Of a DNA stretch of 64,000 nt, positions 1 through 8,947 are shown in pieces. The number at the start of each line of letters is the position of its first letter. The first letter of the stretch is position 1. The stretch covers positions 1,120,001 through 1,184,000 of the forward strand of contig CBDESU010000002.1 in the NCBI GenBank assembly GCA_965242695.1, in the 5' to 3' direction. The stretch is from Cenarchaeum sp. (GTDB taxonomy: Archaea; Thermoproteota; Nitrososphaeria; Nitrososphaerales; Nitrosopumilaceae). The notes under the pieces are model-generated. The model did not search any database, was not told the DNA's origin, and was given only the letters and a program-made list of their open reading frames with translations. Both the position numbers and the translations under genes were made by a program.

Positions 1-960
1 TCGCCCGACCTGCCGGGGAGGCGCACGGGCGGCTTTACCGTCACGATCGACGCCCTCTCGAAGAGCGCGATTCTCAGCACGCTTGCCGCCGACCTGCGCC
101 GCTTCGTGCCGGCCGAGGTCAGGGCGGGCAGGCGCCTGTCCGTCAGCCTGCCTGAGATGGGCTCGGCCGGTTCGGTGGCCGCCGCCAGGCTACCGCCCCT
201 AGAGTGGGGCAGTAGCACGGCGCAGCTTGAGAGCATACCGGCCGCGGTGGACGCAAGGCTGGACAGGACTCTTGGCGGGGGCGGGTCGGCCGCGGCCGAG
301 CACTCCATCACGCTGCTCAAGAAGGCCGGCGGCCCGCTCCCGCTCGGCCACCGGGGAGTGCGCATGTCCGACTATCCGGCCGTCCTCGAAGAGCACGTCG
401 AGCGCCGCTCGCACTCGTACGACGCAAGCCCCGAGGTGTTCAAGTTCCTGCTTGCCGCAAGGATGCACCGGCCGGCGGTGAGCGCCGCCGTACTCGACTC
501 CTCCGTCAAGGGGTACCGGGCGATGATCGAACGGTTCATCGGCGGCCACGAGTACCTCTCGGCCGCGGCGGGGAGCGGGCAGTTTCTAGACATGGGGTTT
601 GGCGGCAGGCCGCTGTCGGTCTACAGCGTTGCCGCCTCGCTGGCTCGCTCGCGGGCGGCAGGCGGCGTGTCGGCAGGCGACATCGAGAGGGCGGGGGCCA
701 TGTACATCGACAACCTCAAGGAGGTCTTTGACGTGATACACGACGGAGCGTACGACAAGTTCTCGGCGCGGGCGCCCATAAAGTACGACGAGAGGAGGGT
801 CTTTGTCTACCTTGACGAGCATCCCGGGAGCTCGGTGTCCGACGTGTCGGACGCCGTGCAGCTTGCGCCGGACGAGGCCAGCCGTCTGATCGACTCGCTG
901 CACAAGAAGGGGCTGCTGTACGAGCCTGCCGCGGGGCGGCACAGCGCCATTCCGATCTGA
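1..960 (+). CDS. Hypothetical protein with C-terminal winged-helix (TrmB/MarR-like) domain; 5' partial
   Basis: Frame is open from base 1 (SPDLPGRR...) to TGA at 960. The C-terminus ERRVFVYLDEHPGSSVSDVSDAVQLAPDEASRLIDSLHKKGLLY fits a wHTH pattern. Confidence 0.6.
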   Translation, partial: SPDLPGRRTGGFTVTIDALSKSAILSTLAADLRRFVPAEVRAGRRLSVSLPEMGSAGSVAAARLPPLEWGSSTAQLESIPAAVDARLDRTLGGGGSAAAEHSITLLKKAGGPLPLGHRGVRMSDYPAVLEEHVERRSHSYDASPEVFKFLLAARMHRPAVSAAVLDSSVKGYRAMIERFIGGHEYLSAAAGSGQFLDMGFGGRPLSVYSVAASLARSRAAGGVSAGDIERAGAMYIDNLKEVFDVIHDGAYDKFSARAPIKYDERRVFVYLDEHPGSSVSDVSDAVQLAPDEASRLIDSLHKKGLLYEPAAGRHSAIPI

Positions 961-1403
961 GCCGCTGCTTGGTTACACCCATCTGCTCGGATGAGCCGGG
1001 CGCATGGCTGGAGGCATGCTGGACGACGCTGGCACAAACCGCCCGTCACGCTCCCCGGCTGTAACCTGAAGGGGATCATGGCATGCCTGCAACCGCTGGC
1101 TCAACGACCCATCGGGGGCAATAAGCAATGAATGTGTAGGCCCTGTACCCACATCAGCCCCAGGTAAGTCGCCGACGATCACCGACGATCGCCGACCCTG
1201 AGGGTTCGGATACAGGGTGCCTGAGAGGTGGCGCGGTGGTATATAAGCATACGTCCACCTGTCTGCCCGTGGCCTGCTGGATGGTGCCGTTGCGGCATTT
1301 TCGGCCTTGTACACAGCGCCGTGCGGGTGTCTCATAGACGTAGCGGGCTGCGGGCGGGTGCCGTGTGTCCACCTTGCCCCCCATCTAGCATGCACGCTCT
1401 TGT

Positions 1404-2057
1404 TCAAAACGCGGCACTTGCCGCCGCCCCGTCGACGTTGATGATGCCGCCAGACAGGTACTTTATCCTGTTGCGGACGACGGATGCGACCAGCGCCCCG
1501 ATCTCGCGCGGCTCGCCGAGCCGGCCCATGGGCAGCCCTTCTGCGAACTTGTCGATGTCGTCGACGAGCTCGCGCATGCGGTCGGTGTTGGTTGGCCCCG
1601 GAGCTATGTTCACGCAGCTGATGCCGTCTCGAGCGTACGACGCGCTGAGCACCTTGAAGACGCTGCTGAACGCAGCCCTGTACGCGCCGGACACGACTAG
1701 CCGTGGGCTCGGCTCCCTGACCACGCTCGACGTTATGGCGAAGATGTAGCCGTCCTTCCTGACCCGTATGCCGCGCAGCAGCGAGCAGAACCCCGTGAAA
1801 AGCTGGTCGTGGTATTTGTCCCATTCATCCTCGGAGACTTCGCCGAATTCCTTAGGCGGCGGGCCGCCCGTGTTGAGGACTAGCACGTCCGTCCCGTTCT
1901 GGCCGTGCCGCTCGACAAAGCCCCTGACGCTCGCCCTGCTAGATGTGTCGATGTCGGCCCTAGATGTGGCCAGCACGTTGCACCCGTCTGCGCGCAGCGC
2001 GTCGGCTACGGCCCTGCCGATCCCCTTTGACCCCCCTATGACTATCGCATCAGCCAT
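1404..2057 (-). CDS. Short-chain dehydrogenase/reductase (SDR family)
   Basis: AIVIGGSKGIG Rossmann motif, LNTGGPP, NIAPGPTNTDR, INVDG; ATG at 2057. Confidence 0.9.
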   Translation of the reverse strand: MADAIVIGGSKGIGRAVADALRADGCNVLATSRADIDTSSRASVRGFVERHGQNGTDVLVLNTGGPPPKEFGEVSEDEWDKYHDQLFTGFCSLLRGIRVRKDGYIFAITSSVVREPSPRLVVSGAYRAAFSSVFKVLSASYARDGISCVNIAPGPTNTDRMRELVDDIDKFAEGLPMGRLGEPREIGALVASVVRNRIKYLSGGIINVDGAAASAAF

Positions 2058-2163
2058 GCTCGTCGGGCGGGCGCCGGGCGAGGCCGTTAAATCTGTATCA
2101 TGCCCCCAGCATCGCGCGCAGGGCCGAGATAATGTTGATGTGCGCGCCGCCGGGGGGCCGGCC

Positions 2164-2313
2164 GTGAACAGGCACGCCACCGTCGTGAACATTGCAAGGG
2201 ACGAGGATGGCGGGTACGTCGCGACCGCGCCCACCCTGCCGGTCTGCATATCCCCGGGAGAGACGATTGCACTGGCCTAGGAAAACCTGGCAGAGGCCAT
2301 ATCGCTGTACTAG
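2164..2313 (+). pseudogene. HicB-family antitoxin remnant
   Basis: Reads VNRHATVVNIARDEDGGYVATAPTLPVCISPGETIALA*ENLAEAISLY*, matching the HicB N-terminal pattern, with in-frame TAG at 2278 and 2311. Confidence 0.75.
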
Positions 2314-2548
2314 AGTATCTTTTGGAACAGGGCGAGATGCTCCCGCCAGGCCTGGCCGCCGACCCACCCCCTCAACCGCCGCCATCAGCGTGCAGGAAGG
2401 GCGCCGGCGCAAAGATCAGCGACCTGCCGGCCTGGCCGCCGGCATGAGGACTGCCGCCGTCCCCTGACTCGGCTTGGGCGTGGGGATTCCACCGGGCCTG
2501 CACTCGCATTCCACCGGGCGCGGCGGCCGCCCGCGACTGCCTCGACCG

Positions 2549-2797
2549 CTAGGCCTCGCTGATGTCTATGACCGTGCCGAGAACCGAGTCCATTCTGACG
2601 ACGGCCTTTTTGGCGCCGCCGCTCCCCCAGCCGAGGGCCACGTACCAGTCGCCCGAGTCCTCATGGTACAGGGTCTCGAGTGTCTCGAACCGCCCGCCGG
2701 CGTCGGGGTGCCTCTTGGACGCGGCCGAGACCGCTAGCGAGACGGCCGACTCCTCGGTCTCTATCCGCCTCTTCATGAGGCCGATGCCGGGGCTCAT
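2549..2797 (-). CDS. Small hypothetical protein
   Basis: 82-aa ORF with genome-typical codon usage; AT-rich TATA-like element near 2820. Confidence 0.6.
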   Translation of the reverse strand: MSPGIGLMKRRIETEESAVSLAVSAASKRHPDAGGRFETLETLYHEDSGDWYVALGWGSGGAKKAVVRMDSVLGTVIDISEA

Positions 2798-2949
2798 GCC
2801 CGCCGCCCTGCCGGCTGCGAATATAACCGTGCCGCCCGTGCGGGATGCAATGGCCCTGCCTCGTCGTTGGGTGGCGGCCGCGATGCCTGCGGTCGCTTGC
2901 GCGAGGCGCATTGGCTCGTCATTTAACGCATAAATACAACTGACCTGGC

Positions 2950-3276
2950 TTGCCGGCCGTGAGCCGGCAAGCCAGCATCGTCCGTCCGAGCACAAAGGGG
3001 TACAGACTCAAGAACGTCTACTTTATGGTGCGGTGCGAGAGGGATGAGCACGACGACTGTTCGTCGATGCGCAACGCGGTGTTCAACAGCTACCCGAGCA
3101 TCATGTCTGCGCGCAACTGCCGCGTCGCCCCAAACTTCAACAGGTTCTGCGTCACGGGCAAGGCGCTGGTCCTGAAGGAGAACCTTGCCGACTTTGAGCG
3201 CGCCCTCAAGAACGTCGTCACGGACGACCCGGAGCCGGTTGGCGTCGCCGAGCTTGACGTGCTGGTCAGTACGTGA
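2950..3276 (+). CDS. Hypothetical protein, possible ferredoxin-like (ACT/AsnC-type) fold
   Basis: Natural-looking 108-aa ORF preceded by AT-rich TTTAA/TAAATA; 4 bp upstream of the HAD gene. Confidence 0.6.
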   Translation: MPAVSRQASIVRPSTKGYRLKNVYFMVRCERDEHDDCSSMRNAVFNSYPSIMSARNCRVAPNFNRFCVTGKALVLKENLADFERALKNVVTDDPEPVGVAELDVLVST

Positions 3277-3280
3277 GTGA

Positions 3281-4258
3281 ATGCATGGGGGAATGTCTGT
3301 GTCTCTCCAGATACGACTGGCCGCAAGGTCGGGATCTTTGAACAAGCTTGTGTCGGCCATCGTCGACAACCGTAGCCGCTTCCCCAACGTGCAGGAAATC
3401 GTGCGGTGCCGGGCGCTCGGGAGCGGCAAGTCATACGTGATAGTCACGTACAGGCATGGGTATGCGCCTTCCGCCGCTGGCATCGCCAAGATAACCAGCG
3501 CGTACATGGATCTTGGTTGCGTGGCGGATGCCACGGTGATCGGAACGCCGGACAAGTTTGCTGCTACGAGATTCGGCAACACACTGCATTTTTTCTTTGA
3601 TGTAGACAGCACGCTGACAGAGGGCAATTGCCTCATATTGAACAAGGTGCGCAAGACTTTTAAGAAGATGGTCCGGGACGGGCACAGAATCTACCTCGTG
3701 TCGGGCCGCCACGCAGATCAGCTCCGGCCGGATGCCAAAAGCCTTGGGATAGAGCCGCTGGGAATAGCAGAGAACGGGGGACTCATAACCCTCCCTTCGC
3801 CCTCTGAAAGGATCACACTTGGAGATCGATCCGAGCCTGACGAAGTACTGCACTACATGATAATCCACTGCCCCAAGGTAAGGGAGGATGTTTCCCAAGC
3901 AATGCGGATAACCGAGAGGATATTCCTTAGGGGCGTATCGGAGACCAAGTTCAGAGAGTACGTCAAAAAGTCCAAGGCGAACGTCGACGTCCTGTCCAGC
4001 AAAACTTCTTACCACGTGGCAAAGCGAGGCGTCAACAAGGGATCCGCGCTTGAGGAGCTAAAAGCACGCCTCAAGTTTGGCAAGTACGACATTGCCGTCG
4101 GTGTAGGCGACAGCGACTTGGACGTGCCCATGTTCGAGAAGTCCAACTGGAGCTTTGCGGTGCACAACGCATCGAGTCGCGCAAAAAAGGCCGCTACGGT
4201 GGTTCTCGAGGGAAGCTATGGCGACGGCGTCGCCGAGATATACGACCGGTGGCTGTAG
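3281..4258 (+). CDS. Cof/TA0175-type HAD-IIB phosphatase with ~100-aa N-terminal extension
   Basis: FFDVDSTLT (motif I), VSGR, IAENGG, GVNKGSAL, VGVGDSDLDVPMF. Confidence 0.85.
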   Translation: MHGGMSVSLQIRLAARSGSLNKLVSAIVDNRSRFPNVQEIVRCRALGSGKSYVIVTYRHGYAPSAAGIAKITSAYMDLGCVADATVIGTPDKFAATRFGNTLHFFFDVDSTLTEGNCLILNKVRKTFKKMVRDGHRIYLVSGRHADQLRPDAKSLGIEPLGIAENGGLITLPSPSERITLGDRSEPDEVLHYMIIHCPKVREDVSQAMRITERIFLRGVSETKFREYVKKSKANVDVLSSKTSYHVAKRGVNKGSALEELKARLKFGKYDIAVGVGDSDLDVPMFEKSNWSFAVHNASSRAKKAATVVLEGSYGDGVAEIYDRWL

Positions 4259-4469
4259 CAGGCAGCATCGCGGTCGCAGGCGCCTGTGTGCCACGTCGGC
4301 GGTGGTGGAGCGGTGCACTGGAGGGAGCGCGGGAGCCAGCTCTTGATGGATGGCAAGTAACAGGAGGCTTTGATCCCGTCGAGCGCACCGGTAGCGCGCT
4401 TGACGCAGGACGCCGACTTGGCCGGCGCGCCCCTGAGGGTTTCATAGCGCCTGCACCTTGATGGATGGA

Positions 4470-4544
4470 AGGGCCCGGAGGGCTTCGATCCCCCGGCCTG
4501 GCGGTCCGAAGCCGCCCGCACTGTCCAGACTGTGCTACGAGCCC
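4470..4544 (-). tRNA. tRNA-Arg(TCG)
   Basis: Cloverleaf GGGCTCG...CGGGCCC; anticodon arm GGCGG-CTTCGGA-CCGCC; atypical T-loop ATCGAAG. Confidence 0.85.
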
Positions 4545-4584
4545 GCCCGGTAGGAATTTAACGGCATAAAATACATGTCGGGCC

Positions 4585-5772
4585 GTGAAGGTGTCCGGGA
4601 GGGTGGCAGGCGTAGAGTACGCCATACGCGACATCGTCGCCGCCGCGCGGCGGCTAGAGGCGGCCGGCCGCAGCATCGACTACCTGAACATCGGCGACCC
4701 TGTCCAGTACGGCTTCCAGCCGCCCGAGCACGTCCGCGAGGCGTACGTGGGGGCCATACGCGCCGGCCTCAACTACTACTCGGACTCGGAGGGCCTGCCC
4801 GAGCTGCGCGCCGAGATCGCCTCCCGCGAGCGCTCAAAGGGCCTCGATGCCTCCCCCGACGGCGTGGTCGTGACCAACGGCGTCTCCGAGGCCCTCGACA
4901 TGGTCGTCTCGTCGATCGTAGAGGACGGCGACGAGGTGCTGCTGCCAGGCCCCTACTACCCGCCGTACGCGTCGTACGTCCGGCTGCACGGCGGCGTTCC
5001 CGTAGAGTTTGCCGTCGACGCAGAGAGCGCCTCGCCCGACATCGACGACATGCGCTCAAAGATCACGGAGCATACGGTGGCCATCTGCCTGATCAGCCCG
5101 AACAACCCGACGGGGGCCGTGTTCGGAGAGCGGGCGCTCGGCCGGCTCGTCGACCTTGCCGCCGAGCACGGCCTGTACGTCGTGTGCGACGAGATATACG
5201 ACGAGATCGTCTTCGGCGGGAGGTTCGCCGGGATAGGCAGGGTCGCCTCGGACGCGCCCGTCGTCCTGCTCAACGGCTTCTCAAAGGTGCGGCTCATGTC
5301 GGGTTGGCGCGTAGGGTACGTCGCGTTCAACGACGCGTGCGCCGCGCTCGGGCCCCTCCGCGAGAACCTCCCAAAGCTCGCGCGCGTGCGCATATCGACG
5401 AACCTGCCGGTGCAGCACGCCGCCCTGGCGTCGCTGCGCGGGCCGCACGACTACATCGGCAGGTTCGTCTCCGAGGTGCGCCGAAGGCGGGACCTGGCAG
5501 TCGGGCGCCTCAACTCGATCGAGGGCCTGTCGTGCCCCGAGCCCGGCGGTGCGTTCTACGCGTTTCCCCGCATAGACGACTGCAAGGCCAGGTTCGGCTC
5601 GGACGAGCGCTTCGTCATGGGCCTGCTCGAGAAAAAGGGCGTCCTTGCCGTGCACGGATCGGGGTTTGGCTCGCAGTACGGGTCGGGCCACTTTCGCATA
5701 GTGTACCTGCCAGGCGAGGACGTGCTAGACAGGGCGCTTGCGGGGATCGAAGAGTTCGTGGCGGGGCGATGA
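4585..5772 (+). CDS. PLP-dependent aminotransferase class I/II (AlaA/AspC-like)
   Basis: LNIGDP, SPNNPTG, DEIY, NGFSKVRLMSGWRVGY. Confidence 0.92.
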   Translation: MKVSGRVAGVEYAIRDIVAAARRLEAAGRSIDYLNIGDPVQYGFQPPEHVREAYVGAIRAGLNYYSDSEGLPELRAEIASRERSKGLDASPDGVVVTNGVSEALDMVVSSIVEDGDEVLLPGPYYPPYASYVRLHGGVPVEFAVDAESASPDIDDMRSKITEHTVAICLISPNNPTGAVFGERALGRLVDLAAEHGLYVVCDEIYDEIVFGGRFAGIGRVASDAPVVLLNGFSKVRLMSGWRVGYVAFNDACAALGPLRENLPKLARVRISTNLPVQHAALASLRGPHDYIGRFVSEVRRRRDLAVGRLNSIEGLSCPEPGGAFYAFPRIDDCKARFGSDERFVMGLLEKKGVLAVHGSGFGSQYGSGHFRIVYLPGEDVLDRALAGIEEFVAGR

Positions 5773-5786
5773 CCGCGCGCGGCAGG

Positions 5787-6215
5787 TCAGTATGTCCACG
5801 TGGCGTACGCGCCCTCGTCGGGCTCTATCTCTATGATGCAGTCGGTCTCGTTGAGCAGCTCTACGGCCGCCGGCGCGTCGAGCGACTCAAAGTACCGCGA
5901 CAGTATGGACCTTGCGATGCGGCGCACGGCGCGCGGCTCGGTGAGCACGCGGGCCGCGCCGCGCCCGTACACGCCGGCGATGTCTGGCGAGTTGACGCCG
6001 ACGTCGACGCAGAACGCGGCGCGGCCGGATGCGGCAACGTTGCGCGCCTTCTTGGACCTTGACATCGTGCCGATACGGATGCGGCCGCCCGAGTAGCGGT
6101 ACCAGACGGGCGTCACGTGCATGTCGCCGGAAGAGTCGGCCGTGGCCAGGCGGAGCACCTTTTCCGAGCGCAGGAACGCGGCACGGTTGAGCTTTTTCAC
6201 CGCACATCCCCCCAA
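5787..6215 (-). CDS. Pyridoxamine 5'-phosphate oxidase-like (PPOX/F420-dependent) protein
   Basis: LRLATADSSGDMHVTPVWY, SKKARNV; start may be GTG at 6200. Confidence 0.85.
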   Translation of the reverse strand: MGGCAVKKLNRAAFLRSEKVLRLATADSSGDMHVTPVWYRYSGGRIRIGTMSRSKKARNVAASGRAAFCVDVGVNSPDIAGVYGRGAARVLTEPRAVRRIARSILSRYFESLDAPAAVELLNETDCIIEIEPDEGAYATWTY

Positions 6216-6219
6216 GAGG

Positions 6220-6489
6220 TCACGGCTGCAGCCCGCCGGGCCGGTCCCGAGGCTCCTCGACTGGCCCCGTCGGCCTGCGCATGCCCCACGCGACGAGCGC
6301 GCACCCGAAGGCGATCATCGCCACCGAGACCTTTTCGTTGGTGATGTCGGGGCCGACGAGAAAGTCGAGAACAAAGTCCGGCGTCCATATTATGACCTGC
6401 CTTACCAGGACGACGGCGGCGGACACGATGAACAGCAGGCCCATCGCGGTGTGCCAATTCCTGCCTCGCCTCGCGTACTCTGGGCACAT
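6220..6489 (-). CDS. Small membrane protein (2 TM)
   Basis: Two hydrophobic segments; sits co-oriented between npdG and the PPOX gene. Confidence 0.7.
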   Translation of the reverse strand: MCPEYARRGRNWHTAMGLLFIVSAAVVLVRQVIIWTPDFVLDFLVGPDITNEKVSVAMIAFGCALVAWGMRRPTGPVEEPRDRPGGLQP

Positions 6490-6505
6490 GCGCCAACCCC
6501 TTTAC

Positions 6506-7231
6506 CTATACCACCTTGATCCCGGGGTTCTTGATGCCGTTGCGGATCATGGCGTTGAGCAGGATGGGCGTGGCGATCTCGGCCATGTAGGCGAGCGGGC
6601 CGGGGCCGAGGAAGATGGGCCGGAGGCCCTCTATCTGGCGCACCAGGTCGCTGACGGCGGCGACGGCCCCGTCAGAGTCGCCGCACACGAACACGTCGTA
6701 GTCCAGCGCAAGCGCCGTGTTTGCCAGCTTCTTTTCGGATATGACGTGAAAGGCGGACACGACGGGGGTCGACTCGCGGGCGTGGCCCGACACGAGCTCG
6801 TGCGAGGTCGGCTTGCCGTCCCGGACCGGCAGGAACTCGAACCCGACGGCGGTCTTTTCCATGGGGACGATCGGCGAGACGACCACGCACCCGTCGGGCG
6901 CGGCGGCCAAGACGGCGGGGCACGTCGAGTCTATGTTCCCGTAGGGTATGGACAGGACCAGGACGTCGCTGCCGCGGGCCGCATCCTCGTTGGACGCCCC
7001 CTTGATCGAGCCGCCGATCGCGCCGTACGCCTCGGCCGCGGCCGCCGCGTACTCTGACGCCGCGGCCGACGCCCTGCCGGCGTCGCGCGAGCCGACCAGT
7101 ATGTCGTTGTGCCTGCACCAGCGCAGCGCAAAGCCCCTGCCCATGCCGCCGGTGCCGCCGATTATCCCTATGCGCCGCCTGGCCGGCTGCCCGCCCGCGT
7201 CCCCCTCGGCGCCGCCGTCTCCCACGCCCAC
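6506..7231 (-). CDS. npdG: NADPH-dependent F420 reductase
   Basis: IGIIGGTGGMGRGFALRW, VGSR, VVSAFH, VFVCGD. Confidence 0.88.
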   Translation of the reverse strand: MGVGDGGAEGDAGGQPARRRIGIIGGTGGMGRGFALRWCRHNDILVGSRDAGRASAAASEYAAAAAEAYGAIGGSIKGASNEDAARGSDVLVLSIPYGNIDSTCPAVLAAAPDGCVVVSPIVPMEKTAVGFEFLPVRDGKPTSHELVSGHARESTPVVSAFHVISEKKLANTALALDYDVFVCGDSDGAVAAVSDLVRQIEGLRPIFLGPGPLAYMAEIATPILLNAMIRNGIKNPGIKVV

Positions 7232-7257
7232 GCCCCGCCAATGTTATTATTATCTCT

Positions 7258-7947
7258 ATGGGCCGGCGCGCCCAGTTGACCCTGGTGGTCCTTATGAGGC
7301 ACGGCCAGGCCTCGAACAATGTAAAGCGGGTCCTTGCGGGCCGCTCGCCGGGGTTTCCGCTCACCGACGAGGGGCGGCGCCAGGCCTCGGCGGCGGCCGA
7401 GCTGCTCTCGGACATGCGCATATCGAGGGTGCTGACGAGCCCCGTCGAGAGGGCCGCCAGCACGGCCGGGATCGTCTCTGGCCGCATCGGGGTCGAGCCC
7501 GAGCCCGACGAGAGGCTGATCGAGCTGGACATGGGCAAGTTCACGGGCATGGCGTACGACGAGATACTGTCCAAGCACGGCAACGTCTTTGAAAAGTTCT
7601 ACTCGGGCGACCTAGAGCTTGCCCACAGGGGCGTCGAGACGTTCGACATGGTCAAGAAGCGCGTCATGGGGCTCGTCGACGAGCTCGGCGGGGGCGCGTC
7701 CGGCCAGGGGGCGGCTGATCCGGCAGGCGCCGCAGGCGCCGGCGGGGGCGGGGGCAACGTGCTGCTGGTCACCCACATGGACCCCATCAAGGCCGTTCTG
7801 TCCGCCGCGGCCGGCCTGGACTCGGACCTGTTGCTCAACCTGGTCGTGGCCAACGCCTCCCTTACGGTCTTTGTACGGCACGAGGGCCGCCTGTGGCTCA
7901 AGGCCCTCAACGTCCTCGAGCCGCGCCGGTACGCCGAGCAGTGGTAG
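7258..7947 (+). CDS. Histidine phosphatase (phosphoglycerate mutase-like)
   Basis: LMRHGQA, SPVERA, LVTHMDPI. Confidence 0.88.
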   Translation: MGRRAQLTLVVLMRHGQASNNVKRVLAGRSPGFPLTDEGRRQASAAAELLSDMRISRVLTSPVERAASTAGIVSGRIGVEPEPDERLIELDMGKFTGMAYDEILSKHGNVFEKFYSGDLELAHRGVETFDMVKKRVMGLVDELGGGASGQGAADPAGAAGAGGGGGNVLLVTHMDPIKAVLSAAAGLDSDLLLNLVVANASLTVFVRHEGRLWLKALNVLEPRRYAEQW

Positions 7948-7950
7948 GGG

Positions 7951-8030
7951 GCTCCGCCCCGCTCCGCCGCGCCCTCTGCACCTTGCCGCCCCGCTCCGCC
8001 CCGCTCCGCCGCGCCCTCTGCACCTTGCCG
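7951..8030. repeat. Intergenic direct repeat, two copies, period 42 bp
   Basis: GCTCCGCCCCGCTCCGCCGCGCCCTCTGCACCTTGCCG at 7951 and 7993. Confidence 0.85.
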
Positions 8031-8191
8031 CTCCGCCGCCGCCACGCCGGCCCTTGCGACCCCTAGGCGCGCCTTGGGGTCGGGCGCCCGTCGGCGCCCT
8101 CCCAGGCCTCCTGCGCCCCGCCTAGGCGCCCCGCCCCGCCGCGCCCCGCCCAACGCTTAAATTGAATTTGAGCGGCGCGCGCACAATCAGC

Positions 8192-8467
8192 ATGAGGCCC
8201 CAACGAACCGTCATCTTGCTGGCACTGGCCGCGCTCGCATCGACGCCTGCCGCGGCCTTGCCCGCCGCCTGGGCTGCCGGCGGCGACGAGCCGGGCGAGT
8301 ACCTAGACAGGCGCACCGAGATTTGGAACCTGTTCTTCCGCCTCATGGTCGTCGCGTTCACCATCGGGGCGATCGTCTCGGGGACCATCATCTGGCAGGT
8401 GTGGCGGTTCAGGGAGTCGAACCCGAACGCAAAGCCGACCCCCTACGAGGAGAAGGGTGAGTGGTGA
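8192..8467 (+). CDS. Small membrane subunit of heme-copper oxidase (separate N-terminal TM part of subunit II)
   Basis: Signal-like N-terminus, then IWNLFFRLMVVAFTIGAIVSGTIIWQVWRFRE; stop overlaps the coxB start. Confidence 0.75.
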   Translation: MRPQRTVILLALAALASTPAAALPAAWAAGGDEPGEYLDRRTEIWNLFFRLMVVAFTIGAIVSGTIIWQVWRFRESNPNAKPTPYEEKGEW

Positions 8468-8895
8468 TGGGGGGGCACTCGAACTGGCCGGAGTGGATAT
8501 ACATCGGCGTCATTGTCGCCCTGCTCGTATGGGTAGGAGCCGAGGCGTGGAACGTCGAGCGCCTCATCGAGCACGTCCCCGAGGACGCCAAGGTCATCAA
8601 GGTGACCGGCCAGCAGTGGTTCTGGTCGTTCGAGCACGAGGACGGCACGACCGAGATCGGCGAGCTGCACCTGGAGACGGGCAAGGCCTACAAGTTCGAG
8701 GTGACCTCTACGGACGTCATACACTCGTTCAACATACACGACTATGTGGTCCTCATGGATGCGGTTCCGGGCAGGGTCAACACGGTCTGGTTCGCCCCGA
8801 CCGAGGCCGGCGAGCACGACATACAGTGCAGGGAGTACTGCGGCCTCATCCACTACAACATGAGGGCAAAGCTCTACGTGGAGGATCCGGCATGA
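8467..8895 (+). CDS. coxB: Heme-copper oxidase subunit II (CuA)
   Basis: GQQWFWSF, DVIHSF, CREYCGLIHYNM CuA motif. Confidence 0.95.
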   Translation: MGGHSNWPEWIYIGVIVALLVWVGAEAWNVERLIEHVPEDAKVIKVTGQQWFWSFEHEDGTTEIGELHLETGKAYKFEVTSTDVIHSFNIHDYVVLMDAVPGRVNTVWFAPTEAGEHDIQCREYCGLIHYNMRAKLYVEDPA

Positions 8896-8947
8896 CCCGC
8901 GGAGCGGCCCCCCGCGGCGGGGACGTGCAAGGGAGGCGCGATTCCTG

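Noticed and set aside
973-1400. Gene in the gap before the SDR
   Set aside because: No convincing ORF or motif; possibly eroded sequence.
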